64,000 bases of DNA from an uncultured Rikenella sp. (GCA_910577885.1 CAJTNK010000002.1:21580-85579), one strand, 5' to 3'. Counted from the first letter of the stretch, positions 1-8,565 are shown. The notes: generated from the letters alone by a model not told the origin. A program made the numbers and translations.

Positions 1-33
1 CCTGGTACTTTTGCAGCAAACAGGAGAGTATCG

Positions 34-3006
34 ATGGGTAATATCGTACAGCAGCCGCAGCAGTATAGTTTCGCCGGGAATTTGGGCGACCTCGTCGTGA
101 TGAGCGACCGGGCGATCGCGTTTGCCATCGACGGGCTGCTGGAGGAGCGGTATGAACCCGACGCCTCCGGGCGGGTTGTGATACCGTTAAGAGCCTTCTT
201 CGAGGCCCACCTGCACGCCCCCAGTCTCGATGAGGTTCCCGCCGAGGGGCTTCCCCTGACCACCTATACCTACCGTATCGACGGCGAAGAGGCCGGCACT
301 TTCTGCGTGCTGCCCGGCGGCGTGAACGCCGGGAGCATCGATACCCCGCTTTTCCTTAAATCCAACTTCCTGACCTGGCAGCCTCAGACCCGGTATGTCG
401 GGTATCACGAACCCCAGTGGTTGCGGTACGTCGCCCTGAACGATTGTGCTGTGCGGGTGAAAGGCTACTTCGCCCCGACCGGCGACGAGACCGGGGCGAA
501 TCCCCAAACCATCACTATCCAAGAGCTGACCGCCGGACGGGTATACAGCCTCGATGTGAACTACGGCCGTGTTCGGGGGCTGTTCGACCGGCAGCCGACC
601 TACTTCGACGTGTGGGTGGAGAACGCCGAGGGCGATCGTCAGAGCTTCGTGCAGCGGTACGTGCTACACGAGACCGGTGAAGAGCCGACCGCCGACTGGT
701 TCGTCTTCGAGAACTCGTTGGGCGGTTACGATACCATCCGGTTCACCGGAGACCGGAAAGAGGTCGGCGAGTCCGAGAGCCGGAACGCCGTCTTCGACGG
801 GGATACCTTTGAGTTCGGCATCGACTACGGCAAGGCGTGGACAAAGTATACCGGTTATCTGCCCGACGAACGGACACGGCAGTGGGTGCTGGAGTTCTTC
901 AGCAGCTGCCGCCGGTACCACCTCGCCGACTCCTCGCTGGAGCGCATCTACGTTTCCAAGCCCAAGCTGGAGGCGACTGCCGGAGAAGCCGCCGGATACG
1001 AGTTCACTTTCGCCTACTCCCATCAGTCCCGCTATCTGAATATCGCCCGCGACGAGCTGCCCGAACAGCTGGAGATCGTCGGGCCGGGTGCCGAACTTTT
1101 TTTTTTGACGCCCCGGCTGAATGAGTTTCCGCTGCTCGACCCGGAGAACGACGTGCTGATTCCTGCCCAGTACGCCTACTCCGGCCGATGGGGCGTGATC
1201 CCCGCCTCGGCCCTCGGCGGCGGCACGGGCGGCGGGGGAGACGTCGTGACCGGTACCACCCCGATCCGCGTCGATCGTACCAACCGTATCGCCCGCATCT
1301 CGCACGAGCCGCCGACGCTTCCCGACCCCGAACGTTTCAACCGCTACGGCAACGCCGACGAGTGGGGCCATATCGTCGAGGACTACCACCCCCACGGCGG
1401 CCGGGCCGATCTCGATTTTGTCGCACAGGACATCGCCGGGTGCGAGGTGTCGCTGACCGGCCCGATCGGGCATCCCGAGTATGTGCCGGGAGTGTTCGGC
1501 AGCGCATGGGGTGGCACCCCGGAGGGCGACTTCTGGTTCCGGACGATCGGCGCCCGGGACGGCATCACCACCACCGAGCTCATTTATAACCGGCAGTCGG
1601 TCGAGGGAAACGTCAAGTACTTCACCGACGGCATCGGCATCGAGCGGGTGAGCGACACCGCCCGGCTCGTCGATAACGCCGGTCGGTCGCTGCGGACGCA
1701 GCACGACGTGCAGCTCGTCACCTCCATCGGCCCCGGCATGTACCACATCGTGCAGAAGAGCTACGACGGCGACGATCGCGTTCCGTTTCGGACGGACGAC
1801 CTGCTGGTGGGCTACTTCCGCCACGACGGCGTGCTGCCCACCGCCACCTACCTGCGCGTGGTCTCCACCTTCGGCCCCGGCGAGGGGTTCACCGCCCGCC
1901 TCGTGCAGGGCGCACCGCCCCGGCCCCACATGGTACTCGCCCGTCGAGGCAACTACAGCGACCCCGCCCGGCAGAATTCCGTCTACGTGGACGGGAAAAC
2001 CGGCAAGATGGTCTTTCTGCGGGGCGTAAACGACACCGCCCTGCGTCCCTACAACACCGCTGCGCAGATCGGGTATATCGGCGACGTGGTCGATGGCGAC
2101 TTCCCCGATATCGCGCCGGAAGAGGTCGGCCTCTACACGCAGAATATCCGCGCCAAGGGCGACTTCGTCCTGCGCAACGGCAAGGACGTCGCCACCGAGT
2201 TCTCGGTGACCGCCGGCCGGATCGAGTCGGCCGTGTCGAGCATCGAGACCCTCGACGGACGCGTTACGCAGGAGGTTTCGCAGCTGACGCAGACCGCCTC
2301 CGACATCTCGCTCTCGGTGAGCAATCTCTCTACAGACCTGAACAACCGAATCGACATGGCCGAGTCGCGGATTACCCTCAATGCGCAGGGCATCGAGCAG
2401 AAGGTGGGGTTGAACGGTGTGATCTCGGCCATCAACCAGAGCGCCGAGGAGGTGAAGATCGAGGCGAACCGCATCCGGCTGATCGGCGAGACAACCTTGG
2501 ACGGTATCGTGAACCTGAACGGCACCGTCAAGGCCGAGTACATCGACGTGGAGAACCTGACCGTGCGGAAGTTACGGACGAAAGAGAGCGGTACCCGGAT
2601 CGAGATCGACGATCAAACACAGCAGATACGTGCCGTGGATTACCGGGATCGTGAAGTCTTCGAACTGTCCGGGTTCAATTGGAACGAACTCCCGTCGATG
2701 GCGTTTTACGATGAATACGACGGTGATTATTCCCGAATGACTAAAAACGGATTCTATGTCTGCAAAGGTAGCGGGAATCCATATGTTTCCGCCACGGCGA
2801 TCCTGACGGATCGTTTCGTCATTGTCAAATTGCCGGGAGGTGAGGATATGGGTAAAATGGGATGCGCGGACGGACTTGCTTTCCTTCAATTGAAAGCACC
2901 CCAAACGCTCGTCACTTTTTCCGGCCTCCAGTCGAAATCCGGCGTCGACGGGAACTGGAAACCGCTCTATATCGACATCGACACCGGAGACGTACGAACT
3001 GCCTGA
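34..3006 (+). CDS. phage tail anti-receptor / host-specificity-type structural protein (990 aa)
   Basis: Long ORF followed by tail-fibre genes. The C-terminal third has an extended coiled-coil segment (SVTAGRIESAVSSIETLDGRVTQEVSQLTQTASDISLSVSNL...EEVKIEANRIRLIGETTLDG) of the kind seen in phage minor structural/anti-receptor proteins. The family call is by resemblance only. Confidence 0.5.
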   Translation: MGNIVQQPQQYSFAGNLGDLVVMSDRAIAFAIDGLLEERYEPDASGRVVIPLRAFFEAHLHAPSLDEVPAEGLPLTTYTYRIDGEEAGTFCVLPGGVNAGSIDTPLFLKSNFLTWQPQTRYVGYHEPQWLRYVALNDCAVRVKGYFAPTGDETGANPQTITIQELTAGRVYSLDVNYGRVRGLFDRQPTYFDVWVENAEGDRQSFVQRYVLHETGEEPTADWFVFENSLGGYDTIRFTGDRKEVGESESRNAVFDGDTFEFGIDYGKAWTKYTGYLPDERTRQWVLEFFSSCRRYHLADSSLERIYVSKPKLEATAGEAAGYEFTFAYSHQSRYLNIARDELPEQLEIVGPGAELFFLTPRLNEFPLLDPENDVLIPAQYAYSGRWGVIPASALGGGTGGGGDVVTGTTPIRVDRTNRIARISHEPPTLPDPERFNRYGNADEWGHIVEDYHPHGGRADLDFVAQDIAGCEVSLTGPIGHPEYVPGVFGSAWGGTPEGDFWFRTIGARDGITTTELIYNRQSVEGNVKYFTDGIGIERVSDTARLVDNAGRSLRTQHDVQLVTSIGPGMYHIVQKSYDGDDRVPFRTDDLLVGYFRHDGVLPTATYLRVVSTFGPGEGFTARLVQGAPPRPHMVLARRGNYSDPARQNSVYVDGKTGKMVFLRGVNDTALRPYNTAAQIGYIGDVVDGDFPDIAPEEVGLYTQNIRAKGDFVLRNGKDVATEFSVTAGRIESAVSSIETLDGRVTQEVSQLTQTASDISLSVSNLSTDLNNRIDMAESRITLNAQGIEQKVGLNGVISAINQSAEEVKIEANRIRLIGETTLDGIVNLNGTVKAEYIDVENLTVRKLRTKESGTRIEIDDQTQQIRAVDYRDREVFELSGFNWNELPSMAFYDEYDGDYSRMTKNGFYVCKGSGNPYVSATAILTDRFVIVKLPGGEDMGKMGCADGLAFLQLKAPQTLVTFSGLQSKSGVDGNWKPLYIDIDTGDVRTA

Positions 3007-3034
3007 CGATTATTTCACTAAACCAATCCATACC

Positions 3035-3337
3035 ATGACACAACAGGAATTGCAGATCACCACCACCGCGACGGAGACCATCACCCACGCCAATGCCGAG
3101 CGGCACGGGCGGAAGTACATCTTTACCTACAAGCGGACGAACGGCGGCTCTCCCTCCGGCATCGACCTCGCCGTCCACGCGCCGACTCCGGACGGTAACT
3201 TCGAGCAGCTCGGCGTCGGTCAGCTGGCCAATGGCCGCCTGCTGCTCAACCTGAAAGAGGAGATCGGTGCCACGATCTACTGCGAGATCACCGCCGACAT
3301 CCTCGCTATCATCGAACAGATCAAACTGCAGGCATGA
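3035..3337 (+). CDS. hypothetical phage protein (100 aa)
   Basis: Compact ORF between two tail genes on the same strand. Its stop overlaps the next start (3334-3337). No recognisable motif. Confidence 0.4.
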   Translation: MTQQELQITTTATETITHANAERHGRKYIFTYKRTNGGSPSGIDLAVHAPTPDGNFEQLGVGQLANGRLLLNLKEEIGATIYCEITADILAIIEQIKLQA

Positions 3338-4017
3338 GTGCACAGGACTACACCAACGGCGCGAACCTCGCCGAAGGGGTTCGCGTCTTCGACGACCTGA
3401 CCCGGTTCGAGAACTCCGGATTGGAGTGCCCGGTACTCGTGGGCGATATGGGCGGCGGCATCGGTCAGGCCCGGCTGCGTGTCCTGCGCGATGTCTTCCG
3501 CGGGCTGATCGAGGCCGACAACGCCGGGTTCCCCACCGGCGGAGCGATTTTCATCGCCCTGCAGCCCATTTTGGAACACATCGAGGAGGCCCGGATACAC
3601 ATCACCCCGGAGGAGCGGACGGCATGGAACGCGAAGGCCGACGCCAACGCCGTGAGCGAAGCCCTCGCCGATACGCTGAAAGCGGCGAAGGAGTATGCCG
3701 ACGAACAGGCCCGGAACCTCGCAGACAGCTTCGCCGTCGCGCTGAAAACCGCCGTGGCGGAACTCAAGAACGAGATTCGCAACACCGTCGCCACGCTCAT
3801 CGACAATGCCCCCGAAGCCCTCGATACCTTGCAGGAGCTCTCCGCTGCCCTCGGCAACAACCCGAACTTCGCCACCGAGGTCGCTACAGAGCTGGGTAAG
3901 CGCGTAACGAAAGAGGCGCTGGCCGAAGAGCTCGCCAAGTATGTCCCGAAGAGCGGCGACACCACCATCGCCGGCACGCTCACCGCCACCGACTTCCGCA
4001 TCCCTGAATCCGAATAA
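3334..4017 (+). CDS. tail fibre protein (227 aa) with phage tail-fibre repeat motif
   Basis: Contains NAPEALDTLQELSAALGNNPNFATEVATELGKRVTKEAL, the conserved phage tail-fibre repeat signature (AP..LDTL.ELA.ALGNDPNFA). Coiled-coil region upstream. Confidence 0.65.
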   Translation: MSAQDYTNGANLAEGVRVFDDLTRFENSGLECPVLVGDMGGGIGQARLRVLRDVFRGLIEADNAGFPTGGAIFIALQPILEHIEEARIHITPEERTAWNAKADANAVSEALADTLKAAKEYADEQARNLADSFAVALKTAVAELKNEIRNTVATLIDNAPEALDTLQELSAALGNNPNFATEVATELGKRVTKEALAEELAKYVPKSGDTTIAGTLTATDFRIPESE

Positions 4018-4022
4018 CGACT

Positions 4023-5447
4023 ATGGCCATCACCCTGCGACAGATCATCGCCCGCAACGGCGGTACCACCGGCAGCTTTCGCGACCAGACCGAGAACTGC
4101 CGGAACCCCGACTACTTCGCCGATCGCGACATCCGCTCGATGGCCGCGTGGGAGGGGTACCGCTACCTGCTGCGCACCGACACCGAGAGCGAGACCCAAA
4201 CTCGCTATTCCGACTGGGCCTGCGACACCCCGGCCGTGAACGGCCGCAAGACTCGTGTCCGGTATACCGATTTTCGGAGCCGGACGCGGGCCGTCTGGTC
4301 GGACGGCACCACCGACGCGTGGGGCGAGTGGTCGGACTGGCAGCAGACCACCGCCGAGACCGAAGAGGCCTTCGACGGTACGAGCTGCCCCTACCGCACC
4401 GATACCGAATCGCAGTCCGAGTCCAAGACCGAGTACAGCGGCTGGACGTGCGACACCCCGGCTGTGAACGGGCGCATGACGCGCCATCGCTACACTTATG
4501 TTCGGTACCGCTATCGCGACATCTACAGCAACGGTACCACCGGCACGTGGAGCGAATGGGAAGGATGGGTACTGACCGCCGACATCATCGAGGAGTCGTA
4601 CGATGGCACGAGCTGTCCCTACCAAACCGGCACCGGCTCGCGCCACGTTTACGGCACGTGGGCCTATACGCTCCCCACCGGCACCGGCGCACAGGGGAGC
4701 CGCACCCGATCGCACAACCTCGTCACGTGGCCGATCTACAGCAACGGAACGACCGGGGCGGAAAGTTCCACCGCCCAGCCGAACGAGACCGAAACGGTTA
4801 CCTCCACCCGCGAAAGCCGGGGGAGCGGTTATTCCTGTTCCGGCACCTACAAACAGAACTACACGACGTACCGGAATGTCTTCAAGTTCAGCGACACGAC
4901 GCAGTACTCCGCCAACTACAACGTGAACAGCGGCTCGGCCGCACAGGTGGACGGCTATTGCGGCTATACGGCTACAAAATACTACATCTGCGGAGTGGGC
5001 GGGAACACCTTCGCCCAGTGTCCGGAATACTACTATTTCGGGATCGGCCTCTCCGCCAGCTGGCCGGGGATGAGATTCGAAGTTCCGAACAATGCCAAGG
5101 GGTGTCAGTGTCTGTGCTTCTACAAAACTACCGATACCTCCGCGCGGGTCAAGATTCAGAGCGCTCGGCTGGTGAACGTCTCCTCTCCGTTCTACCTGTC
5201 GATTCAGGAGAGATTCAGCTCCCCGCGCGACTACGTGACGATCGAGTGGAACCCGTATTACAACTCGAATGGCCCCGGTTCGACGGCATTCGGTCAGTCG
5301 TCGCTGAACTACGCCTATTTCACGCTTGAGGTGACGTTGGTAACCGGTAAGAAATTCAACATCGAAGGCATCATCACCCGCAACGACTACCAAGCGGGCG
5401 TCACGCCGTGGCAGACGCCCCCGCGCAACAAGAATACGCAATATTAA
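4023..5447 (+). CDS. tail-associated repeat protein, possible receptor-binding component (474 aa)
   Basis: Directly follows the fibre gene. Two clear 74-aa tandem repeats (RTDTES..Y/E-YS-W-CDTPAVNGR-TR..Y...SNGTTG-W-EW..W...DGTSCPY) plus a degenerate third. W/Y/T/S-rich C-terminal half. Confidence 0.5.
   Translation: MAITLRQIIARNGGTTGSFRDQTENCRNPDYFADRDIRSMAAWEGYRYLLRTDTESETQTRYSDWACDTPAVNGRKTRVRYTDFRSRTRAVWSDGTTDAWGEWSDWQQTTAETEEAFDGTSCPYRTDTESQSESKTEYSGWTCDTPAVNGRMTRHRYTYVRYRYRDIYSNGTTGTWSEWEGWVLTADIIEESYDGTSCPYQTGTGSRHVYGTWAYTLPTGTGAQGSRTRSHNLVTWPIYSNGTTGAESSTAQPNETETVTSTRESRGSGYSCSGTYKQNYTTYRNVFKFSDTTQYSANYNVNSGSAAQVDGYCGYTATKYYICGVGGNTFAQCPEYYYFGIGLSASWPGMRFEVPNNAKGCQCLCFYKTTDTSARVKIQSARLVNVSSPFYLSIQERFSSPRDYVTIEWNPYYNSNGPGSTAFGQSSLNYAYFTLEVTLVTGKKFNIEGIITRNDYQAGVTPWQTPPRNKNTQY
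4173..4622 (+). repeat. two tandem 222-nt coding repeats (74 aa each) inside the 474-aa protein
   Basis: RTDTES motif recurs at aa 51 and aa 125; DGTSCPY closes each unit. A degenerate third unit follows to about nt 4850. Confidence 0.6.
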
Positions 5448-5456
5448 GAGTGAACT

Positions 5457-5828
5457 ATGACCGAATGGCTAACGAATATCAGTAACCTGCTGAGTGTCCT
5501 CTCCGCCGCCGGCCTGCTGGGCGGAGGCGTGTGGATGTACCGACGCGAAAACCGACGCATCAAGCAGGCCGAAGCCGCCCGCGCCGAGGCCGACCTGAAT
5601 ACGCTCGCAGCACACGAATGGCGAGAAATCGCGGAAAACAGAGAAGTGAAGATTAATAAAAAGGATGAAAAGATAGAGGAACTGTACAAAGAGAATAGGG
5701 AGTGGCGCGACAAGTACAACGAACTCGAGAGCCAATTACATAGGTTGGAGGTGGAACGCATCAAGGAGCAAATCAGAATTTGCAATAAGCCGAAGTGCGC
5801 CGACCGGGAACCGCAGTCGGGGTACTGA
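5457..5828 (+). CDS. single-pass membrane coiled-coil protein, holin or i-spanin candidate (123 aa)
   Basis: N-terminal TM (ISNLLSVLSAAGLLGGGVWMY), then a charged heptad region, then C-terminal Cys pair (ICNKPKC). Sits immediately upstream of the endolysin. Confidence 0.45.
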   Translation: MTEWLTNISNLLSVLSAAGLLGGGVWMYRRENRRIKQAEAARAEADLNTLAAHEWREIAENREVKINKKDEKIEELYKENREWRDKYNELESQLHRLEVERIKEQIRICNKPKCADREPQSGY

Positions 5829-5909
5829 TAAGAAGAAACCGTTCGATGCCTTTACCTGTCGCTGGGATATGCAAAGAAAATCGCGCTTCTTAGCAAGTAG
5901 TAACTGAGA

Positions 5910-6341
5910 TTGAAAACAGATTTTAACATGACCTATTTTACCATCGAAGAGCTCTGCGCGTCGGACACCGCCCGCAGGCGAGGCATCGACAACAGACCCT
6001 CTGCTACGGTGTGCGTCCGGTTGACCCAACTGATCGAGCTGCTCTTGGATCCGATCCGCGCGGTATGGGGCAGCCCGATCGCCGTCAACAGCGGCTACCG
6101 CTCGCCGGCTTTGAATAAGGCAGTGGGCGGGGTTTCGACGTCGCAGCACCTTTGGGGCGAGGCGGCGGACATCTCGGTCGGATCGCCGGCCGAAAACAAG
6201 CGGCTGTTCGACCGGATCGTCGAACTCCAAAAGGACGGCCGCATCGCCTTCGACCAGCTCATCGACGAATCCGGCTACAAGTGGATCCACATCTCTTATC
6301 GCTCCGGGGCGAACCGGAACCAAATTCTGCACCTGAAATGA
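5910..6341 (+). CDS. peptidase M15A-type (D-Ala-D-Ala carboxypeptidase fold) endolysin (143 aa)
   Basis: Motifs SGYRSPALNKAVGGVSTSQHLWGEAADI and a C-terminal WIHISY (second His ligand) match the Zn-binding H..D..H pattern of the Peptidase_M15_3/M15A phage lysins. Confidence 0.8.
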   Translation: MKTDFNMTYFTIEELCASDTARRRGIDNRPSATVCVRLTQLIELLLDPIRAVWGSPIAVNSGYRSPALNKAVGGVSTSQHLWGEAADISVGSPAENKRLFDRIVELQKDGRIAFDQLIDESGYKWIHISYRSGANRNQILHLK

Positions 6342-6850
6342 AACGGATACCTATTTATAGTATAGTCGCGGTCGGTCTGCTATTGACCGGCTGCGCGACC
6401 TCGAAGCGGGTGCACGAAACGTTGCAGACCATGGATACGGCCACCGAGCAGGTCGACCTGCGCGCGGAATCCCGCGAGACCATCGAGGCGACCTCGCACA
6501 CCGCGACCGAGTCCACCAGCGCCGAGTCCGAAGATGCTCGCCGGATCGAGCTGGAGTTCGACACGACCCAGCCGGCCGATTCAGCCACCGGCCTGCCGCC
6601 CGTCAAACGCATCACCATTACCGACCGCCGCCGGAACCGCGAGACCGATACCCACCAACAGACCACCGACACGCTCACGCAACAGACAGAGATAACATTT
6701 CAAGACAGCACCCGCCGCGAATCCCAAATCGAGAGGATCGCCGAGCGGAATACCGAAAAGAAATCCCGCCCCAGCATCCTCCCGTGGCTGCTCGTCGGAA
6801 TCGTCCTCGTTGCCCTCGTCTGGGCGGCATGGAAGAGGTGGGGGAGATAA
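6338..6850 (+). CDS. lipoprotein with C-terminal transmembrane anchor, unimolecular-spanin-like (170 aa)
   Basis: Internal Met of track ORF 6152..6850. The start forms an ATGA overlap with the endolysin stop. Lipobox LLLTGC at the N-terminus, T/E/D-rich middle, C-terminal TM ILPWLLVGIVLVALVWAAW. Confidence 0.5.
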   Translation: MKRIPIYSIVAVGLLLTGCATSKRVHETLQTMDTATEQVDLRAESRETIEATSHTATESTSAESEDARRIELEFDTTQPADSATGLPPVKRITITDRRRNRETDTHQQTTDTLTQQTEITFQDSTRRESQIERIAERNTEKKSRPSILPWLLVGIVLVALVWAAWKRWGR

Positions 6851-6881
6851 AATATTCCCTCTTTTATTCCCTTCAAAAATC

Positions 6882-6918
6882 AAAAAGGTTGCTAATCAAA
6901 CGATTAGCAACCTTTTTT
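6882..6918. terminator. bidirectional hairpin terminator
   Basis: Stem AAGGTTGCTAATC / GATTAGCAACCTT, loop AAAC, flanked by an A-run on the left and T6 on the right. Lies between the last gene of the left phage block and the att core. Confidence 0.6.
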
Positions 6919-6939
6919 GTGCCCAGGACAAGAATTGAA
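6919..6939. repeat. attL core (displaced copy of the tRNA-Leu 3' end)
   Basis: GTGCCCAGGACAAGAATTGAA versus GTGCCCAGGACAGGAATCGAA at 43319-43339. The first 12 nt are identical. Confidence 0.65.
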
Positions 6940-6956
6940 TATTGCAATATTCAATT
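6933..6956. promoter_or_regulatory. perfect 24-bp palindrome overlapping attL; 15 bp of it recur at 7048-7062
   Basis: AATTGAATATTGCAATATTCAATT is self-complementary. TGAATATTGCAATAT recurs 112 bp downstream, just before the arm-type repeats and the int promoter box. Confidence 0.4.
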
Positions 6957-7060
6957 TTCGGTTTACGTGGCAAATTATATACAAATACGCTGTAATTAAG
7001 TGCTTTGTAAATTTTTCTTGGAGGTGATGTAAATTTCATTTTGTTGCTGAATATTGCAAT

Positions 7061-7084
7061 ATGTTGTGCAGATGTTGTGCAAAG
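7061..7084 (+). promoter_or_regulatory. tandem arm-type integrase-binding repeats (left arm)
   Basis: ATGTTGTGCAGATGTTGTGCAAAG. The same tandem TGTTGTGC-N3-TGTTGTGC arrangement occurs in the same orientation at 43241-43263. Confidence 0.5.
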
Positions 7085-7088
7085 AATG

Positions 7089-7096
7089 TATATTTG
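7089..7096 (+). promoter_or_regulatory. candidate Bacteroides-type -7 promoter box for int
   Basis: TATATTTG fits TAnnTTTG, 23 nt upstream of the int ATG. Confidence 0.35.
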
Positions 7097-7118
7097 CATA
7101 ACCGAACATTCTTTTGCT

Positions 7119-8444
7119 ATGGCGACCGTAAAAGCCTTTATCCGCACTTCTACCCGAAAAGCGACAACCGTCAATATCCGGTTCCGACTGAGTGCCGGGC
7201 GCGGTATTCAGCTGTTTCATTCCAGCGAAATCGAAGTCCCGCCCACCGTGTGGGATGACGTCCGGCAGGAAGTGAAAGCCAAGGTAGTTTTTGATAGTTC
7301 TAAACGGATCGAAATCAACCGGAGTGTTGCGGATCGGAAAAACCTCATTTTGGAGGTGTACGACGCCGTAGCAAATAAAGATGGGCTGACGTCCGGGTGG
7401 TTGGACGAACAAATTGACCGGCGATTGCATCCCGAAAAGTACACGGATGCCAGCGACAAGCAAACCTTTTTCGACGCCTTTGCCGAATTTCTGCGGGTGC
7501 ATAAATACTCTCAGTGGCGGCAACGAGCTTTTCAGGTAGTGATTCGTGCCTTGCAACGCTATGAACTGTACACCCGCAAAAAACAAGGTCCGGCCTTTGT
7601 CTTGTCGATGGATACGATCACCCCGGCCCTGTTGTCCGACTTCGAGGACTTTTTACGCAACGAATACCAGTATGCCGACCAACACCCCAATATTTACGAA
7701 GCGGTGCCGGAAAGCAGAACACCCGTACAGCGAGGGCAAAATACGATCAATGGTATCTTAATTAAGATTCGCACGTTCTTCATTTGGGCCAATAAGGTCG
7801 GGAAGACTGCGAACAACCCGTTTCGCAACTATTCGATTGCCGAAAGCGTCTACGGCACCCCCTATTACATCACCATCGAGGAGCGAAACAAATTATACCG
7901 GACCAATCTTTCGCGACATCCTCAACTGGCCATTCAGCGGGATATTTTCGTATTCCAATGCCTTATCGGCTGCCGGGTGGGGGACTTGTACCAAATGACC
8001 CGAAATAACGTCATAAACGACGCAATCGAGTACATCCCGCGGAAAACGAAAGAGGGACGCCCCGTAACCGTGCGTGTCCCTCTCAATGCGGTTGCGGCGG
8101 AGATATTGGACAAATACCCGTCCAATGGCGGCCCACTATTTCCATTTATGGCTCAGCAGCAGTATAACAAAGCCATCAAACGCATCTTTCTTGCAGCGGG
8201 CTTATGTCGCCCCGTGGTGGTCATCAATCCGACCACTCGCGAGCAGGAGATAAGGCCGCTGAACGAAATAGCCTCTTCACACTTGGCGCGGCGTTGTTTT
8301 GTCGGAAACCTGTATAAGCAGGTCAAGGATCCTAATTTGGTAGGTGCCTTGTCCGGCCACGTGGACGGCTCGCGGGCTTTCGCCCGCTACCGGGAAATCG
8401 ACGAAGAGATGAAACGTGACCTCGTCAAACTGCTGGAGAAATAA
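7119..8444 (+). CDS. int: tyrosine recombinase / phage integrase (441 aa) with N-terminal Arm DNA-binding domain
   Basis: N-terminus MATVKAFIRTSTRKATTVNIRFRLSAG is typical of Bacteroidetes Arm-domain integrases. The catalytic region has HLARRCF (H-x-x-R) and a C-terminal ARY tyrosine. Start taken at the internal Met of track ORF 7041..8444. Confidence 0.9.
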   Translation: MATVKAFIRTSTRKATTVNIRFRLSAGRGIQLFHSSEIEVPPTVWDDVRQEVKAKVVFDSSKRIEINRSVADRKNLILEVYDAVANKDGLTSGWLDEQIDRRLHPEKYTDASDKQTFFDAFAEFLRVHKYSQWRQRAFQVVIRALQRYELYTRKKQGPAFVLSMDTITPALLSDFEDFLRNEYQYADQHPNIYEAVPESRTPVQRGQNTINGILIKIRTFFIWANKVGKTANNPFRNYSIAESVYGTPYYITIEERNKLYRTNLSRHPQLAIQRDIFVFQCLIGCRVGDLYQMTRNNVINDAIEYIPRKTKEGRPVTVRVPLNAVAAEILDKYPSNGGPLFPFMAQQQYNKAIKRIFLAAGLCRPVVVINPTTREQEIRPLNEIASSHLARRCFVGNLYKQVKDPNLVGALSGHVDGSRAFARYREIDEEMKRDLVKLLEK

Positions 8445-8538
8445 ACAGAGGCTATCCAGTAGGTCGATTAAAAGGGGACTTTTGAGGTGAAGATTATAAA
8501 TTATAGCCTTTTAGTTGTCGTATCCGGTCTTCTTGCCG

Positions 8539-8546
8539 TAATTTTG
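8539..8546 (+). promoter_or_regulatory. candidate -7 promoter box for the Abi gene
   Basis: TAATTTTG fits TAnnTTTG, 20 nt upstream of the ATG at 8566. Confidence 0.35.
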
Positions 8547-8565
8547 CAAAGAAAATCGACCTCAA

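Larger units (their letters stand above)
1..6918 (+). mobile_element. right-hand end of a second phage-derived late-gene block (tail fibres + lysis), truncated by the window edge
   Basis: Seven co-directional + strand ORFs with tail-fibre motifs and an M15 endolysin. The block ends at hairpin 6882-6918, which abuts the att core at 6919. No integrase or att partner for this block lies inside the window. Confidence 0.5.

Noticed and set aside
3465-5441. 658-aa minus-strand ORF covering the fibre genes
   Set aside because: It is antisense to three well-supported + strand genes. Its R/G/A/P-rich low-complexity translation is typical of shadow ORFs in high-GC DNA.
34-5447. Diversity-generating retroelement targeting the fibre genes
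   Set aside because: No reverse-transcriptase-like ORF exists anywhere in the window. The 222-nt repeats at 4173-4622 differ at many positions rather than showing a template/variable pair with adenine-specific differences, as far as I can judge by eye.
6152-6337. N-terminal extensions in the ORF track (for example 6152-6337, 44317-44427, 23200-23310, 21995-22144, 44243-44419, 35639-35719)
   Set aside because: The extensions overlap upstream genes or precede canonical N-termini (lipoprotein signal, Dna[11 protein letters not shown], sheath MSSFLHG). I used internal Met starts.
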